In this document: positions 39,401 to 47,743 of the stretch, one piece after another
Position numbering within the stretch: the first letter of the stretch is position 1
Layout of the letters: each line of letters opens with the position of its first letter
Source of the DNA: a virus
Lineage: Duplodnaviria; Caudoviricetes
Reading direction: 5' to 3' (one strand)
DNA length: 61,432 bases
IMG/VR virus record: IMGVR_UViG_3300031933_000107
Coordinates: 1 to 61,432 of that record
Position numbers and translations under genes: made by a program
Notes under the pieces: generated by a model
Databases searched by the model: none
What the model saw: the letters and a program-made list of their open reading frames with translations, nothing else
What the model was told of the DNA's origin: nothing

Positions 39401-39859
39401 TTAACTGGCGATGGGTAAATCAGCCTGTGCAATTATGCGCTCAAGCTGACGGAGCCGCGCTGAAAGTTCAGCATTTGCGAAGACTGCCGCATTACCCAAG
39501 TCAATTTGGGCGGCTTGCATCGCCCTGCCACCCAGCATGGCACCTAAGGTCCGTGCTTCACGGGGCGTCAGGTGCAACACTTCATCACCAATATCCAGCA
39601 CAACCGTGCCATCAGGCAATTCCGTGTGGCTGATCTGGCGTGCCGGCGGGTGCTGAGCCACTGGCACGAATACGCCACGCTGTACTCGCACAATGCGCTC
39701 ATCTGCTACTAAGGCTTTCAGACGATCGTCAATCACACTCAGCTTCAACCCCGTATGATTCGCCAGTGTTTCTCGGGTGACAATCTGTTCTAGACGGTGC
39801 AAGTCTTCAACGGCTTCCAGTACCAGCTGCTTGTTCGTCTTTATCATGCCGTTATTCAT
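39401..39859 (-). CDS. Winged-helix DNA-binding protein; candidate late activator
   Basis: TRETLANHTGLKLSVIDDRLKALV..ERIVRVQRGVF wHTH pattern. Confidence 0.6.
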   Translation of the reverse strand: MNNGMIKTNKQLVLEAVEDLHRLEQIVTRETLANHTGLKLSVIDDRLKALVADERIVRVQRGVFVPVAQHPPARQISHTELPDGTVVLDIGDEVLHLTPREARTLGAMLGGRAMQAAQIDLGNAAVFANAELSARLRQLERIIAQADLPIAS

Positions 39860-40109
39860 GAGTCATGCTCTCCACTGCTTTGATCAACCCAAGTTTGCCC
39901 ATAGCGCACTCGGTATACATGCCTACCAGCTCAACGTCCGACAGGGTGAGCTCGCCCATCTGGATCTTGCCGTCATCCTGGGTCGGGATCATCGGCATTG
40001 GCGGGCACGGTGCCATCAGTGCGGAGTCGATCGTTTCCGGCTGCCCGGGCTTCGTTGAGCAACCGGCTGCCGTCAGCAGGCACAACACAATCGATATAGA
40101 CCGGATCAC
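39852..40109 (-). CDS. o-spanin (Rz1-like lipoprotein)
   Basis: Lipobox LTAAGC, Pro-rich, overlaps the i-spanin in another frame. Confidence 0.8.
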   Translation of the reverse strand: MIRSISIVLCLLTAAGCSTKPGQPETIDSALMAPCPPMPMIPTQDDGKIQMGELTLSDVELVGMYTECAMGKLGLIKAVESMTHE

Positions 40110-40350
40110 GGATCACCTCCTGGCGGGTTTTCTGGTAGATGGTGCGGTTCTCGATGCGGATTTGACTGATCGCTTCCTGAGTGGCCTTTGCCATTTCCGC
40201 CACCAGACGGCGGTTTTCGGCCTGTCTTGCGGCTTCGGCGGCTTCATTTCGCGCCTGTACGCTTGCGAAACGCCATGTTGCGACCTGCCACCCTGCTCCG
40301 AAGCACAGAGCGCACACAGATAACGCGGCGATTGCCCGAATACTGATCAC
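39973..40350 (-). CDS. i-spanin (Rz-like)
   Basis: N-terminal TM plus coiled coil, after the endolysin. Confidence 0.8.
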   Translation of the reverse strand: MISIRAIAALSVCALCFGAGWQVATWRFASVQARNEAAEAARQAENRRLVAEMAKATQEAISQIRIENRTIYQKTRQEVIRDPVYIDCVVPADGSRLLNEARAAGNDRLRTDGTVPANADDPDPG

Positions 40351-40811
40351 AGCCCTACCTCGCACAACTCCCGCTCGGTTGCCCGGCGCTTGACCAGTCC
40401 AGGCAGTACCTGTCCACCGGCATACACCCAGCGGTCCAGCTCTTTACAGGCACCGACAGTATCACCGGCATTCAGTTTGCGCAGTAGAGTCGAGTTCTTG
40501 AACGCCCCTTCCCCGACATTGAATACAAACGATGCCAGCGCGGCTCGGCGCTCTATCGGCAGTTCAACCTTGGTGTGCCGGTCCACTGCCGCGAATGCCG
40601 TCCCGAGATCCTGCTCCAGTAGAGCATCACACTCCGCATCGGTCAGTGTCTGGCCCATCTTAGCGGTACCGGTATGGCCATAGCAGATGGTCGGAATTCC
40701 CACGGCATCCAGGTAGGCGCTATTCCGCTTACCCTCGTACCAGCTAACAAGAGGCGCGGCCACGGCAAGTGCAGCGCCCAAGGATGCAACAGCCAAACGC
40801 TTCTTAATCAC
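40347..40811 (-). CDS. Endolysin (GH24 lysozyme, probable SAR type)
   Basis: EG...AYLDAVGIPTICYGHT catalytic motif; Ala-rich N-terminal anchor; GLVKRR..E. Confidence 0.93.
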   Translation of the reverse strand: MIKKRLAVASLGAALAVAAPLVSWYEGKRNSAYLDAVGIPTICYGHTGTAKMGQTLTDAECDALLEQDLGTAFAAVDRHTKVELPIERRAALASFVFNVGEGAFKNSTLLRKLNAGDTVGACKELDRWVYAGGQVLPGLVKRRATERELCEVGL

Positions 40812-41031
40812 GGCTACCGCCCCGCTTTTTGCGTGCTTTGCGCCACTCTACAAACTGGCACCGGTATTTAGGGATGAGTAGACCGATTGAGCCGAAGAGA
40901 TACACCAGCGTAAAGATAGCCACCCAGTCAGCCAGCGGTATCCCCAGCAGGAAATGACCGCCCGCTACAGCTACTGGCGGGGCCGCCTTCCCTGCCTCAA
41001 TAATCATGTCGTGGGCCATCTGATTGGACAT
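40804..41031 (-). CDS. Holin
   Basis: KAAPPVAV...GIPLADWVAIFTLVY resembles T7-type holin; basic C-terminus. Confidence 0.78.
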   Translation of the reverse strand: MSNQMAHDMIIEAGKAAPPVAVAGGHFLLGIPLADWVAIFTLVYLFGSIGLLIPKYRCQFVEWRKARKKRGGSRD

Positions 41032-41056
41032 GCTTTCGATCCCTATCCGTTACGTG

Positions 41057-41293
41057 TCAGCCATGAATGCTATGTCCCTGAGTTCTGCGTTCAACACCGG
41101 TAGCGGATATCGGCAAAAAAGATTCCGACCATGGCGAGCCTCGGAGTCGTCGCTTTTTCACGGTATCCCACTTCAGCCCCAGCACAGACGCAACAACATG
41201 CGCAGGCGCAATCATGCGATAACACTGATCACCGGCCAGGATGTAAACGCACAGCGTTTTCTGTCGGCTCGCCACGCACTGATCAGGGTCCAT
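41057..41293 (-). CDS. Small hypothetical protein, possible HTH
   Basis: VASVLGLKWDTVKKRRLRGSPW; start placed at MDPDQ. Confidence 0.5.
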   Translation of the reverse strand: MDPDQCVASRQKTLCVYILAGDQCYRMIAPAHVVASVLGLKWDTVKKRRLRGSPWSESFLPISATGVERRTQGHSIHG

Positions 41294-41447
41294 GCTGCTC
41301 TCTTCGTTGCTTAATGATCCGTTCACGTATCTCATCGCGCATCTGCTGGCTTTGCTTCTTCGCCCAGGATTCCTGCCGCTGCCGTGGCTGCCGGGCTACC
41401 CAGCGAGCGAGGCAGTCGAGAAAGTGTTCTCGCTGATCTCTATCCAT
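41283..41447 (-). CDS. Small hypothetical protein (54 aa, absent from ORF track)
   Basis: MDRDQREHFLDCLARWVARQPR...; overlaps both neighbours. Confidence 0.55.
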   Translation of the reverse strand: MDRDQREHFLDCLARWVARQPRQRQESWAKKQSQQMRDEIRERIIKQRREQHGP

Positions 41448-41904
41448 GCGCCATCCCGTACAGTCCTATCAGGACGGCATCAGCAAGCGCCTGCCCTTTC
41501 GCCTTCAGATCCAGCTCCCGGCATTCTGGGTACAGCTGGATGCAGCGGGTACGGCTGGCATCCTTGTCTTTGCCGATTAGACCGTGGTGCTTCTTCCAAG
41601 ACTGCGGCGTGACCAGCGTCATAGGCACTTGCATACCGGCCACGACACCCTCCACCAGCCCGGCGGCATGACCGAAGCTGAACATGCTGGCTACGCCCTG
41701 CCCCGGCATTGCGCCAACTTTTTCGATGTAGCAGTGGTGCGCACCCTTGTACTGCTGCAGAAAGCCAGCCAGAGCGGCTGCATTGACACGGTTGCGTTTA
41801 CCCATCTTCACGGTTGGCGTGTGCTGATGGTCAATCAGTGTGCCGTCCAGTTCGTTCAGTACAGCAATGCAGCCGCTGACGCCGGGATCAATAGCTATAA
41901 TCAT
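41440..41904 (-). CDS. RuvC-like Holliday junction resolvase
   Basis: IAIDPGVSG...YIEKV...SMFSFG...PQSWKK...ADAVLI. Confidence 0.85.
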   Translation of the reverse strand: MIIAIDPGVSGCIAVLNELDGTLIDHQHTPTVKMGKRNRVNAAALAGFLQQYKGAHHCYIEKVGAMPGQGVASMFSFGHAAGLVEGVVAGMQVPMTLVTPQSWKKHHGLIGKDKDASRTRCIQLYPECRELDLKAKGQALADAVLIGLYGMAHG

Positions 41905-42197
41905 GCCGCCACCTCCACTAATCCGCGCCGTGTTAGCTGCTGCAATGTCAGCACAATGGCTCGATCCATCCGCTCCCGGCGCTCCTCGCGGCTCAGGTGG
42001 TTGCCGTTGTCGATCTCATGGTGACAACTGGGACAGAGCGCAGCGGTTAGGCTGTCGTCGTTCTTCTGCCCCATGCCTCGGCCCTCGTTGCGGTGCGCGA
42101 CCTGGATACCCCAGGCGCCACAGAGTACGCACTGATCCAACTGGCCCACGGCGGCCAGCCACTTGCGGTTGCGGTATGGTTTGGTTTTGAGATTCAC
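41901..42197 (-). CDS. Zn-binding His-Me finger-like nin-region protein (DUF968/DUF1364-like)
   Basis: CVLCG...QVAHRN..GMGQK.DD..TAALCPSCH. Confidence 0.75.
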   Translation of the reverse strand: MNLKTKPYRNRKWLAAVGQLDQCVLCGAWGIQVAHRNEGRGMGQKNDDSLTAALCPSCHHEIDNGNHLSREERRERMDRAIVLTLQQLTRRGLVEVAA

Positions 42198-42688
42198 GCC
42201 GCCTTCCTCCCTTCCTGCGCTTCCCGGTACTCGGCATAGATCGCAAGTGCCGGTTCGCTCCAGTTCACACCCATCTCACTGCCCTGCTGATACAGAAATT
42301 CGATGAATTCTGACGCTTCCGCCTTGCGGAACTTGGTCGTAGATGGCCGAACGGTAATGGTGCGCTGGCCGTCCATGCTGGTGATCAGCTGGCCCGGGTG
42401 ACTCAATGGCTCACCCATCGCGGCCTTCTCCTGCTCAAACTGATCGACAAGCAATGCCTTCCACACTTCGGCGTCATACCGGCGCTTGCCAAAAAACGTC
42501 ACCTGCTGGGCAATGTCGCGGATCATGGCGTGAAACTTCTTGTTCATTTCCGCTGATCGGCTTGGCCGGGTGATTGTGATCGCTACCGGACCGCCTTCGA
42601 TCATATGCTTTACCAGCTCCCACACGCGCAGCATGATGCCGCGCATGGTGGACTCGTCGCGGATCGTGATCGACTTACTCACCGACAA
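42194..42688 (-). CDS. ninB: NinB-family recombination protein
   Basis: RS.EMNKKFHAMIRDIA...WK.L...STTK....EASEFIEFL..G...GV.W. Confidence 0.8.
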   Translation of the reverse strand: MSVSKSITIRDESTMRGIMLRVWELVKHMIEGGPVAITITRPSRSAEMNKKFHAMIRDIAQQVTFFGKRRYDAEVWKALLVDQFEQEKAAMGEPLSHPGQLITSMDGQRTITVRPSTTKFRKAEASEFIEFLYQQGSEMGVNWSEPALAIYAEYREAQEGRKAA

Positions 42689-42896
42689 ACCTCCGCAGCA
42701 GGTGAATCGGAATGATCACCGCTTCGGTGTGGCCGTAGCGTGTGATGCCGCACAGAGTCTTGTCGTCCAGTACATCCTTCAGGCCACCACCCGTCAGATC
42801 GCCCGTCTTGATCGGATTCTGCGTAGCCTGCTGAACGATCTCCTCGACCAGCTTGAGTTTCTGTTCCAGTTCGCGGATGCGGGTTTCAGGTGTCAT
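42675..42896 (-). CDS. Hypothetical protein
   Basis: Short ORF with GGAGG RBS, between dnaC-like gene and ninB. Confidence 0.55.
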   Translation of the reverse strand: MTPETRIRELEQKLKLVEEIVQQATQNPIKTGDLTGGGLKDVLDDKTLCGITRYGHTEAVIIPIHLLRRFVGE

Positions 42897-42901
42897 CGTG
42901 T

Positions 42902-43783
42902 TCAGTCCTCCATCGGGAATGGCGACAGGCATGCCGGAGAGTGTTTCGCTGGCTCCGTGCGAACCGGGTATTCAGCACCTGGCAGATCGCTGTCTTCCGC
43001 CACACGACCTCGATAGCTTTCCCAGTCGAATACCACCAGCTTGCCGCCACCTTCGCGCAGACGATCCAGGGCGCGCTCACCGATGTAGTCCTTGATCTGG
43101 TTGGCCGTCAGGTTTGAGAGAATGATGGTCGGGGCAAAAACAGAGTTGCGCTCGTTGAGCACCTCAAACAGCAAATGCTCCTCGGACTCGGTGCCGCGCT
43201 GGACGCCCACCTCATCAATGATCAGCAGATCAACATCACGCAGAGAGTCGATAATCTGCTGCTCCGTGAATTCAGAGTCCCGGCGGTATGTTTCGCGGAT
43301 TTTGCGGATCATTTTGGACGCGGTAATAAACACACACGTATGGCCTTGCTCGATCAGGCTGTTCGCGATGGCACACGCCAAGTGGGTTTTGCCTGTGCCT
43401 GGTCGGCCAGTCATGATCAGGCCAGCGCCTGTACGCTGGAAGCCGTAGAAGTCCTCAGCAAAGCGCTGACAAGCTGATAGCGCCTTGAGTTGATCAGGCG
43501 TTTCAGCACGGTAGTTATCGAAGGTGCGTGTCAGGTACTTCTGAGGAATCAGGCTGCTCGATACACGGCGTTCAAGGCACTGGCGCTCGTATGCAATCTG
43601 GCGCTGCTTGGCTTCCTCAGCCATACGCCTCTGATCTTCGATGCGCTCCCGCTCCACCCGCTCTTTCAGGCACTCAGGGCACTCGCCTTCCAAAACGCGG
43701 CCGCCCAGCTTGGTGAACTCGCATACCCAGTCGATGCCGTGCTCCTCGCAGTGGCGATTTTCGGTTTTGATGACCTTAAACAC
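42902..43783 (-). CDS. DnaC/IstB-like helicase loader ATPase
   Basis: GRPGTGKTHLA, LLIIDEVG, TIILSN, DRLREGG; GTG start overlapping the O-like gene. Confidence 0.9.
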   Translation of the reverse strand: MFKVIKTENRHCEEHGIDWVCEFTKLGGRVLEGECPECLKERVERERIEDQRRMAEEAKQRQIAYERQCLERRVSSSLIPQKYLTRTFDNYRAETPDQLKALSACQRFAEDFYGFQRTGAGLIMTGRPGTGKTHLACAIANSLIEQGHTCVFITASKMIRKIRETYRRDSEFTEQQIIDSLRDVDLLIIDEVGVQRGTESEEHLLFEVLNERNSVFAPTIILSNLTANQIKDYIGERALDRLREGGGKLVVFDWESYRGRVAEDSDLPGAEYPVRTEPAKHSPACLSPFPMED

Positions 43784-44633
43784 GTTCAAAGCCCTCCGCT
43801 CCGTTGGCGTAATCAACCTGGTCGAATGATGGGGTTGCCTTACGCTGCGGCATGCTGCCTGACTTCGGTGCGAACACCCCCTGCCAGCCATTCACGATGG
43901 ACTCATCGAGACATGCGTTCGGGTCGATGCCCTGCTGCCTGAAGCCATCCAGTTTGGTAATCAGTCGGGTGAGTGCTACCTGCGTCATAGGCTTCTTGAT
44001 CGCCTTACGATGGGCCGCAAAATCTTGAACGGTTTGCGTACTCAGCCACTCAGGCACGACCGACAGGTCGAGCCCTTTGTTTTTTGTAGTAGTGTCTTTT
44101 GTAGTATTGTCTTGTCTTTTGTGGGTACTCGTTTGGGGACTCATGCGTCCCTGTTTGGGGACTTCTGCGTCCTTCTTTGGGGACTTTTGAGTCCCTGTTT
44201 GGGGACTTTCTACAGAGTCCCCATTTGGGGATTTTTGGTTCTTCTTTGAACGAGTGGATGGTGCCAGTGACTCATCAGCAACCCATTCAGAGATCACCTT
44301 GTTTATGCCAATAGCACGACCTTTCCGGTACAGAATGTTGCGTTCAACAAGACCTTTGATAACGGCAGAGATATGGTTTGCCGCTATCCCCGTCAGGCCC
44401 GAAATCTGGTCACGGCAAACCCAATCGCAGGGTTTGTTAAAGCCAAATGTCTTGTTGATGATGGCGAACATCACTTTGGTTTCTCGCTTACTCAGATCTG
44501 TCTTGCAGAGCTGCAGGACTAGATCATTCGCAAGCCGGGTATACCCGTTCTCAACCTCGGCCACCCTTCTCTCCTGTGTGTCTCCAGAATCCTGTGGCGC
44601 TGGAAACTTGTAAATCTGCGCTGTGTTTGCCAT
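43776..44633 (-). CDS. Replication initiator (lambda O-like)
   Basis: VENGYTRLANDL...KTFGFNK..DW N-terminal domain; contains iterons. Confidence 0.88.
   Translation of the reverse strand: MANTAQIYKFPAPQDSGDTQERRVAEVENGYTRLANDLVLQLCKTDLSKRETKVMFAIINKTFGFNKPCDWVCRDQISGLTGIAANHISAVIKGLVERNILYRKGRAIGINKVISEWVADESLAPSTRSKKNQKSPNGDSVESPQTGTQKSPKKDAEVPKQGRMSPQTSTHKRQDNTTKDTTTKNKGLDLSVVPEWLSTQTVQDFAAHRKAIKKPMTQVALTRLITKLDGFRQQGIDPNACLDESIVNGWQGVFAPKSGSMPQRKATPSFDQVDYANGAEGFERV
44132..44233. repeat. Replication origin iterons
   Basis: TTTGGGGACT at 44132, 44154, 44176 and 44198 (22-bp period) plus a variant at 44224, next to an AT-rich tract. Confidence 0.85.
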
Positions 44634-44737
44634 AATTAAATCCTCTCTGATGACCCTCGTTGTGGCCGCCCAGCCATTAGCAGCGAGGGTTTTCTTTTGC
44701 CTATTCAGCGCGGAGCGTTCGCCCCGTTCGTAAAGTT

Positions 44738-44882
44738 GTTGTGGTGGCCGGAGCTGATCCCGGCATGCTGACTTTCGCTGCTGGCTTAACGACGATCGTC
44801 ACCAATTGCAGAGTCGTGGAGCCTCGTCTTACTCCGTCCTATCAGCTACGCATCCGTAGTTAGCCTGCGCATTCACCACAAC
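44738..44882 (-). ncRNA. C4-like/tRNA-like structured RNA, copy 1
   Basis: Closing stem GUUGUGGUG/CACCACAAC; 3' T-arm-like hairpin GCCGG-GAUCAGCU-CCGGC followed by CACCA. Confidence 0.6.
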
Positions 44883-45021
44883 GGAAAAAGAGCGGTCCGC
44901 TCCCGTGTTTTCGGCCCTGTTCGGGTTCAGGACTTCAGCCGAGTGGGTAGCTACTTTTTTGCACGCCCGCGCTCTTTCCGTTGCCCCCTGCTTCCTTAGC
45001 CCGCGCAAGGGGATGCGGGCG

Positions 45022-45215
45022 AGTTGTGATGGCTGGACGCGACTCCAGCGACTGGTATCAGTGCGCTTCTCGATGACGGGCCAACTGGCCTTACTGTGCT
45101 GATACCCGGAACCTCAACCGTTGCCGACTCATAATGGGCGCTTGTTCCCGCCCTTCCCGCGTGTCTCCTGGATGCCTCTACTGCAACACCCTGCTTTCCA
45201 CGCCGCACCACAACT
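45022..45215 (-). ncRNA. C4-like/tRNA-like structured RNA, copy 2
   Basis: Closing stem AGUUGUGGUG/CAUCACAACU; T-arm-like GCUGGA-GUCGCG-UCCAGC; GCGUG/CACGC arm. Confidence 0.5.
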
Positions 45216-45589
45216 GAACAGCACCCTCATTCCCTGCCTGCGGGCCAGGAAAAATACCCAGCGGCCGAAGGTGCTGTTCGGTTCCCTCTCCTTTGCGCCA
45301 CCGGCGAGAGGGCTACCGGCTGAAGGGGGAAATTGATAAACCCCTGGCTTGCAGATTGTCTTGGGCGCCGATCTGCCAGCGGCACTACATGCCCGGATTA
45401 GAGCCATGTCCCGTTGCCGCCACCGGTGGGACTGACCGGCTCACTGGGCGGAGTACGCCCGGCTAAAGCTGGATCTCCTGTCAGCTTTTTCGATGCGCAC
45501 GATCCGAACGCATGGAAAAAGGAGACTGGGGAAGGAAATCCGAAAACCAGTCTCAAGGGCCCCGTGCAAGAGCCAGGGATCAGAGTTTG

Positions 45590-45775
45590 TTAAGCCGCAC
45601 CCGGCACACAGTCAGAGCAGACGACATAGCCAAGGTTGTACCGGTCATTTGGTCCCCCGCACTTGCGGCAATCCGGCTCGCCCTTCATATGCGCGGCATT
45701 CGCCTTTGCGCGGGCTACGAAATAGGACTCTTCTCGCTCGATGCGCTCCTGCGCCTGGTCGACTACATCAGCCAC
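45590..45775 (-). CDS. TraR/DksA-like C4 zinc-finger protein
   Basis: (M)ADVVDQAQERIE...CRKCG...CSDC. Confidence 0.65.
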   Translation of the reverse strand: MADVVDQAQERIEREESYFVARAKANAAHMKGEPDCRKCGGPNDRYNLGYVVCSDCVPGAA

Positions 45776-46007
45776 GGCTAACCCCTTCACCATTCCCGAC
45801 AGTTCTTTCAGTACTCGCCGCACCATTTGCCGAACCAAAGATGCGGTGCATAGACTGAAACTGACGCTGCTTCTCAGCGAGGTGAGCCATGATCAGATCG
45901 CGCAGATATTCAGATGCAGAGATACCGACCAGATCGGCCAGCGCCTTGATCTGTGCTTCTTCTTCATCGGTGACGTGGGTGGCCAGGTGGCCGGGTAGTT
46001 TTGCCAT
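45768..46007 (-). CDS. RHH-like regulator at the cII position
   Basis: THVTDEEEAQIKALADLVGISASEYLRDLI. Confidence 0.65.
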   Translation of the reverse strand: MAKLPGHLATHVTDEEEAQIKALADLVGISASEYLRDLIMAHLAEKQRQFQSMHRIFGSANGAASTERTVGNGEGVSRG

Positions 46008-46018
46008 GAGAGCTATCC

Positions 46019-46255
46019 TTAGGCTGCGTCAGAGGTTGACTTCAATGTTTCTGAAAGAAGCCAGTCAGATGAGAACGCACCGCCTGAAATGTCAGCGAGC
46101 CGCTTTGCGTACTCGGTTTCGCCTGTGTAGTCGGTGCGTGGCAGTCGGCCTGCATCAATCCACTTGTAGACCGCACGGACACTGACACCACAAGCCTTTG
46201 CTGCGGCTGGGATCTTGCCCGGTATCTGGTCAATGGAGGTCTTCAAAACATTCAT
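46019..46255 (-). CDS. cro: Cro-like repressor
   Basis: IPAAAKACGVSVRAVYKWIDAGRLPRTDYTGET; divergent from cI. Confidence 0.85.
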   Translation of the reverse strand: MNVLKTSIDQIPGKIPAAAKACGVSVRAVYKWIDAGRLPRTDYTGETEYAKRLADISGGAFSSDWLLSETLKSTSDAA

Positions 46256-46271
46256 TTGCGGGGTCTCAATG

Positions 46272-46344
46272 TGAACTTTGGGTACATGATAGAACATGAA
46301 CTGATTGTTCCGCAAGACTATTGCATCATTGAACTTGAGGTTCA
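46272..46344. promoter_or_regulatory. OR-like operators (three 15-bp TGWAC-N5-GTWCA sites) with divergent promoters
   Basis: Sites at 46272-46286, 46297-46311 and 46330-46344. Confidence 0.78.
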
Positions 46345-46360
46345 TAAGCGAGGCGGTCGG

Positions 46361-47038
46361 ATGAGTATTGAGTTTGGCGAGCGGTTACAGAGAGCGCTCG
46401 AGTTAAGGGGGGTGAAAAAACACGGTTCTGGTGCCTGGCTGCACCGGCTTACTGGTGTAACCCCAAAAGCTGCCAGTAAGTGGCTGAATGGCGAAAACGT
46501 GCCCCGCCGTGAAAAGATAATTCAGATCGCCAATGAAACCGGCGTTCGCAGTGAGTGGCTTGAATACGGCGCGGAGCCAATGCTGCCGGGCGCAATAGCC
46601 GCAGAACCTAGCAATGTTGCTCCGGCGTATTTCAAGGAAGAGAGGAGGTTTCCTGTGATTAGCTGGATACAGGCAGGTGAATGGTCTGAAGCGATTGATA
46701 CGTTCCAACCTGGCGATGCTGACGAATGGGAATCATCAGACAGCAACGTGGGCGATAATGCCTTTTGGCTTCGCGTTATCGGTGACAGCATGACAGCACC
46801 ATCAGGCCTAAGCATCCCAGAAGGCCACATGATCTTGGTTGATCCGGCCTCACCTGCTGACAATGGCAGCTTGGTGGTCGCAAAACTGACAGACTCAAAT
46901 AAGGCTACATTCAAAAAGCTAGTGATCGATGCTGGCCAGAAGTACCTCAAGCCGCTAAATCCAAGCTACCGAACCATTGAGATCAACGGCAACTGCCGTA
47001 TCGTGGGCGTTGTTAAGGAAGCAAAGATAAAGCTATAA
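46361..47038 (+). CDS. cI: CI repressor (HTH plus S24 autopeptidase)
   Basis: PVISWIQAG cleavage site, GDSM serine, ATFKKL lysine. Confidence 0.93.
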   Translation: MSIEFGERLQRALELRGVKKHGSGAWLHRLTGVTPKAASKWLNGENVPRREKIIQIANETGVRSEWLEYGAEPMLPGAIAAEPSNVAPAYFKEERRFPVISWIQAGEWSEAIDTFQPGDADEWESSDSNVGDNAFWLRVIGDSMTAPSGLSIPEGHMILVDPASPADNGSLVVAKLTDSNKATFKKLVIDAGQKYLKPLNPSYRTIEINGNCRIVGVVKEAKIKL

Positions 47039-47056
47039 CCATGGAGGCGCTGGCAA

Positions 47057-47743
47057 ATGGAGATACTGGCTTTCATTGCGGCCTGCGTAGTCATTTGGAA
47101 ATTAATTGACTCCGCAAGCAGCAAAACCGAAAACAAAGACACCGTTCGGCAGACTACAACCATTCGCCAGAGTGGCGGAAAAACAACAACAGAGACCGTC
47201 ATTCATCAAGAGTTCGTGCGCGGCACAGCGCACGGATCGGTAAACTTTCAAAATACACCAGCAGACCCGACAGTAGGCCTTAGTGATGCCGACATAGTTG
47301 GCATAAAAACCATCCCGGGAAGCGAAGCACCCACCCATAAGGCGCTGAATCACGATGAAGCCCAGCCGCAGCAGCCCTATCAAGCCACAGCACGATTGTT
47401 TGGCAGAGAGCCAGCATTACAGTCGCCCTCGAAGTCGTATGCTGAACCCAAGCAGCCACCGGAACGAATAAGCACAACCCAGAATACAATAACCACAAAA
47501 CGCTGCACCAAGTGCGGGAAGTCTCAACCTGCTGTAACAGAGTTTTACCGCAGCTCAAAGCAGCCTGATGGTTTTTCTGTATGGTGCAAAACATGCCACG
47601 CAAATAGGGATAAAGAAGATCCGAGATACAAGCGTTGTCCAAAGTGCAAGAAACGAAGGCTTCGGACAAGTTTCTATAAATCTGACAAGAACCCAGATGG
47701 ACTGACTAAATGGTGCCGGTATTGTTTAGACAAGCAGCGATAG
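47057..47743 (+). CDS. Membrane-anchored protein with two C-terminal Cys4 zinc ribbons
   Basis: N-terminal TM; two KRCxKC...FY.S.K.PDG...WCxxC repeats. Confidence 0.7.
   Translation: MEILAFIAACVVIWKLIDSASSKTENKDTVRQTTTIRQSGGKTTTETVIHQEFVRGTAHGSVNFQNTPADPTVGLSDADIVGIKTIPGSEAPTHKALNHDEAQPQQPYQATARLFGREPALQSPSKSYAEPKQPPERISTTQNTITTKRCTKCGKSQPAVTEFYRSSKQPDGFSVWCKTCHANRDKEDPRYKRCPKCKKRRLRTSFYKSDKNPDGLTKWCRYCLDKQR

Noticed and set aside
44132-44233. CRISPR-like array
   Set aside because: 10-bp repeats with 12-bp spacers inside a coding gene and no cas genes; fits iterons
44738-45215. Canonical tRNA genes
   Set aside because: No TTCGA T-loop or standard anticodon arm, and lengths of 145-194 nt; kept only as tRNA-like RNAs
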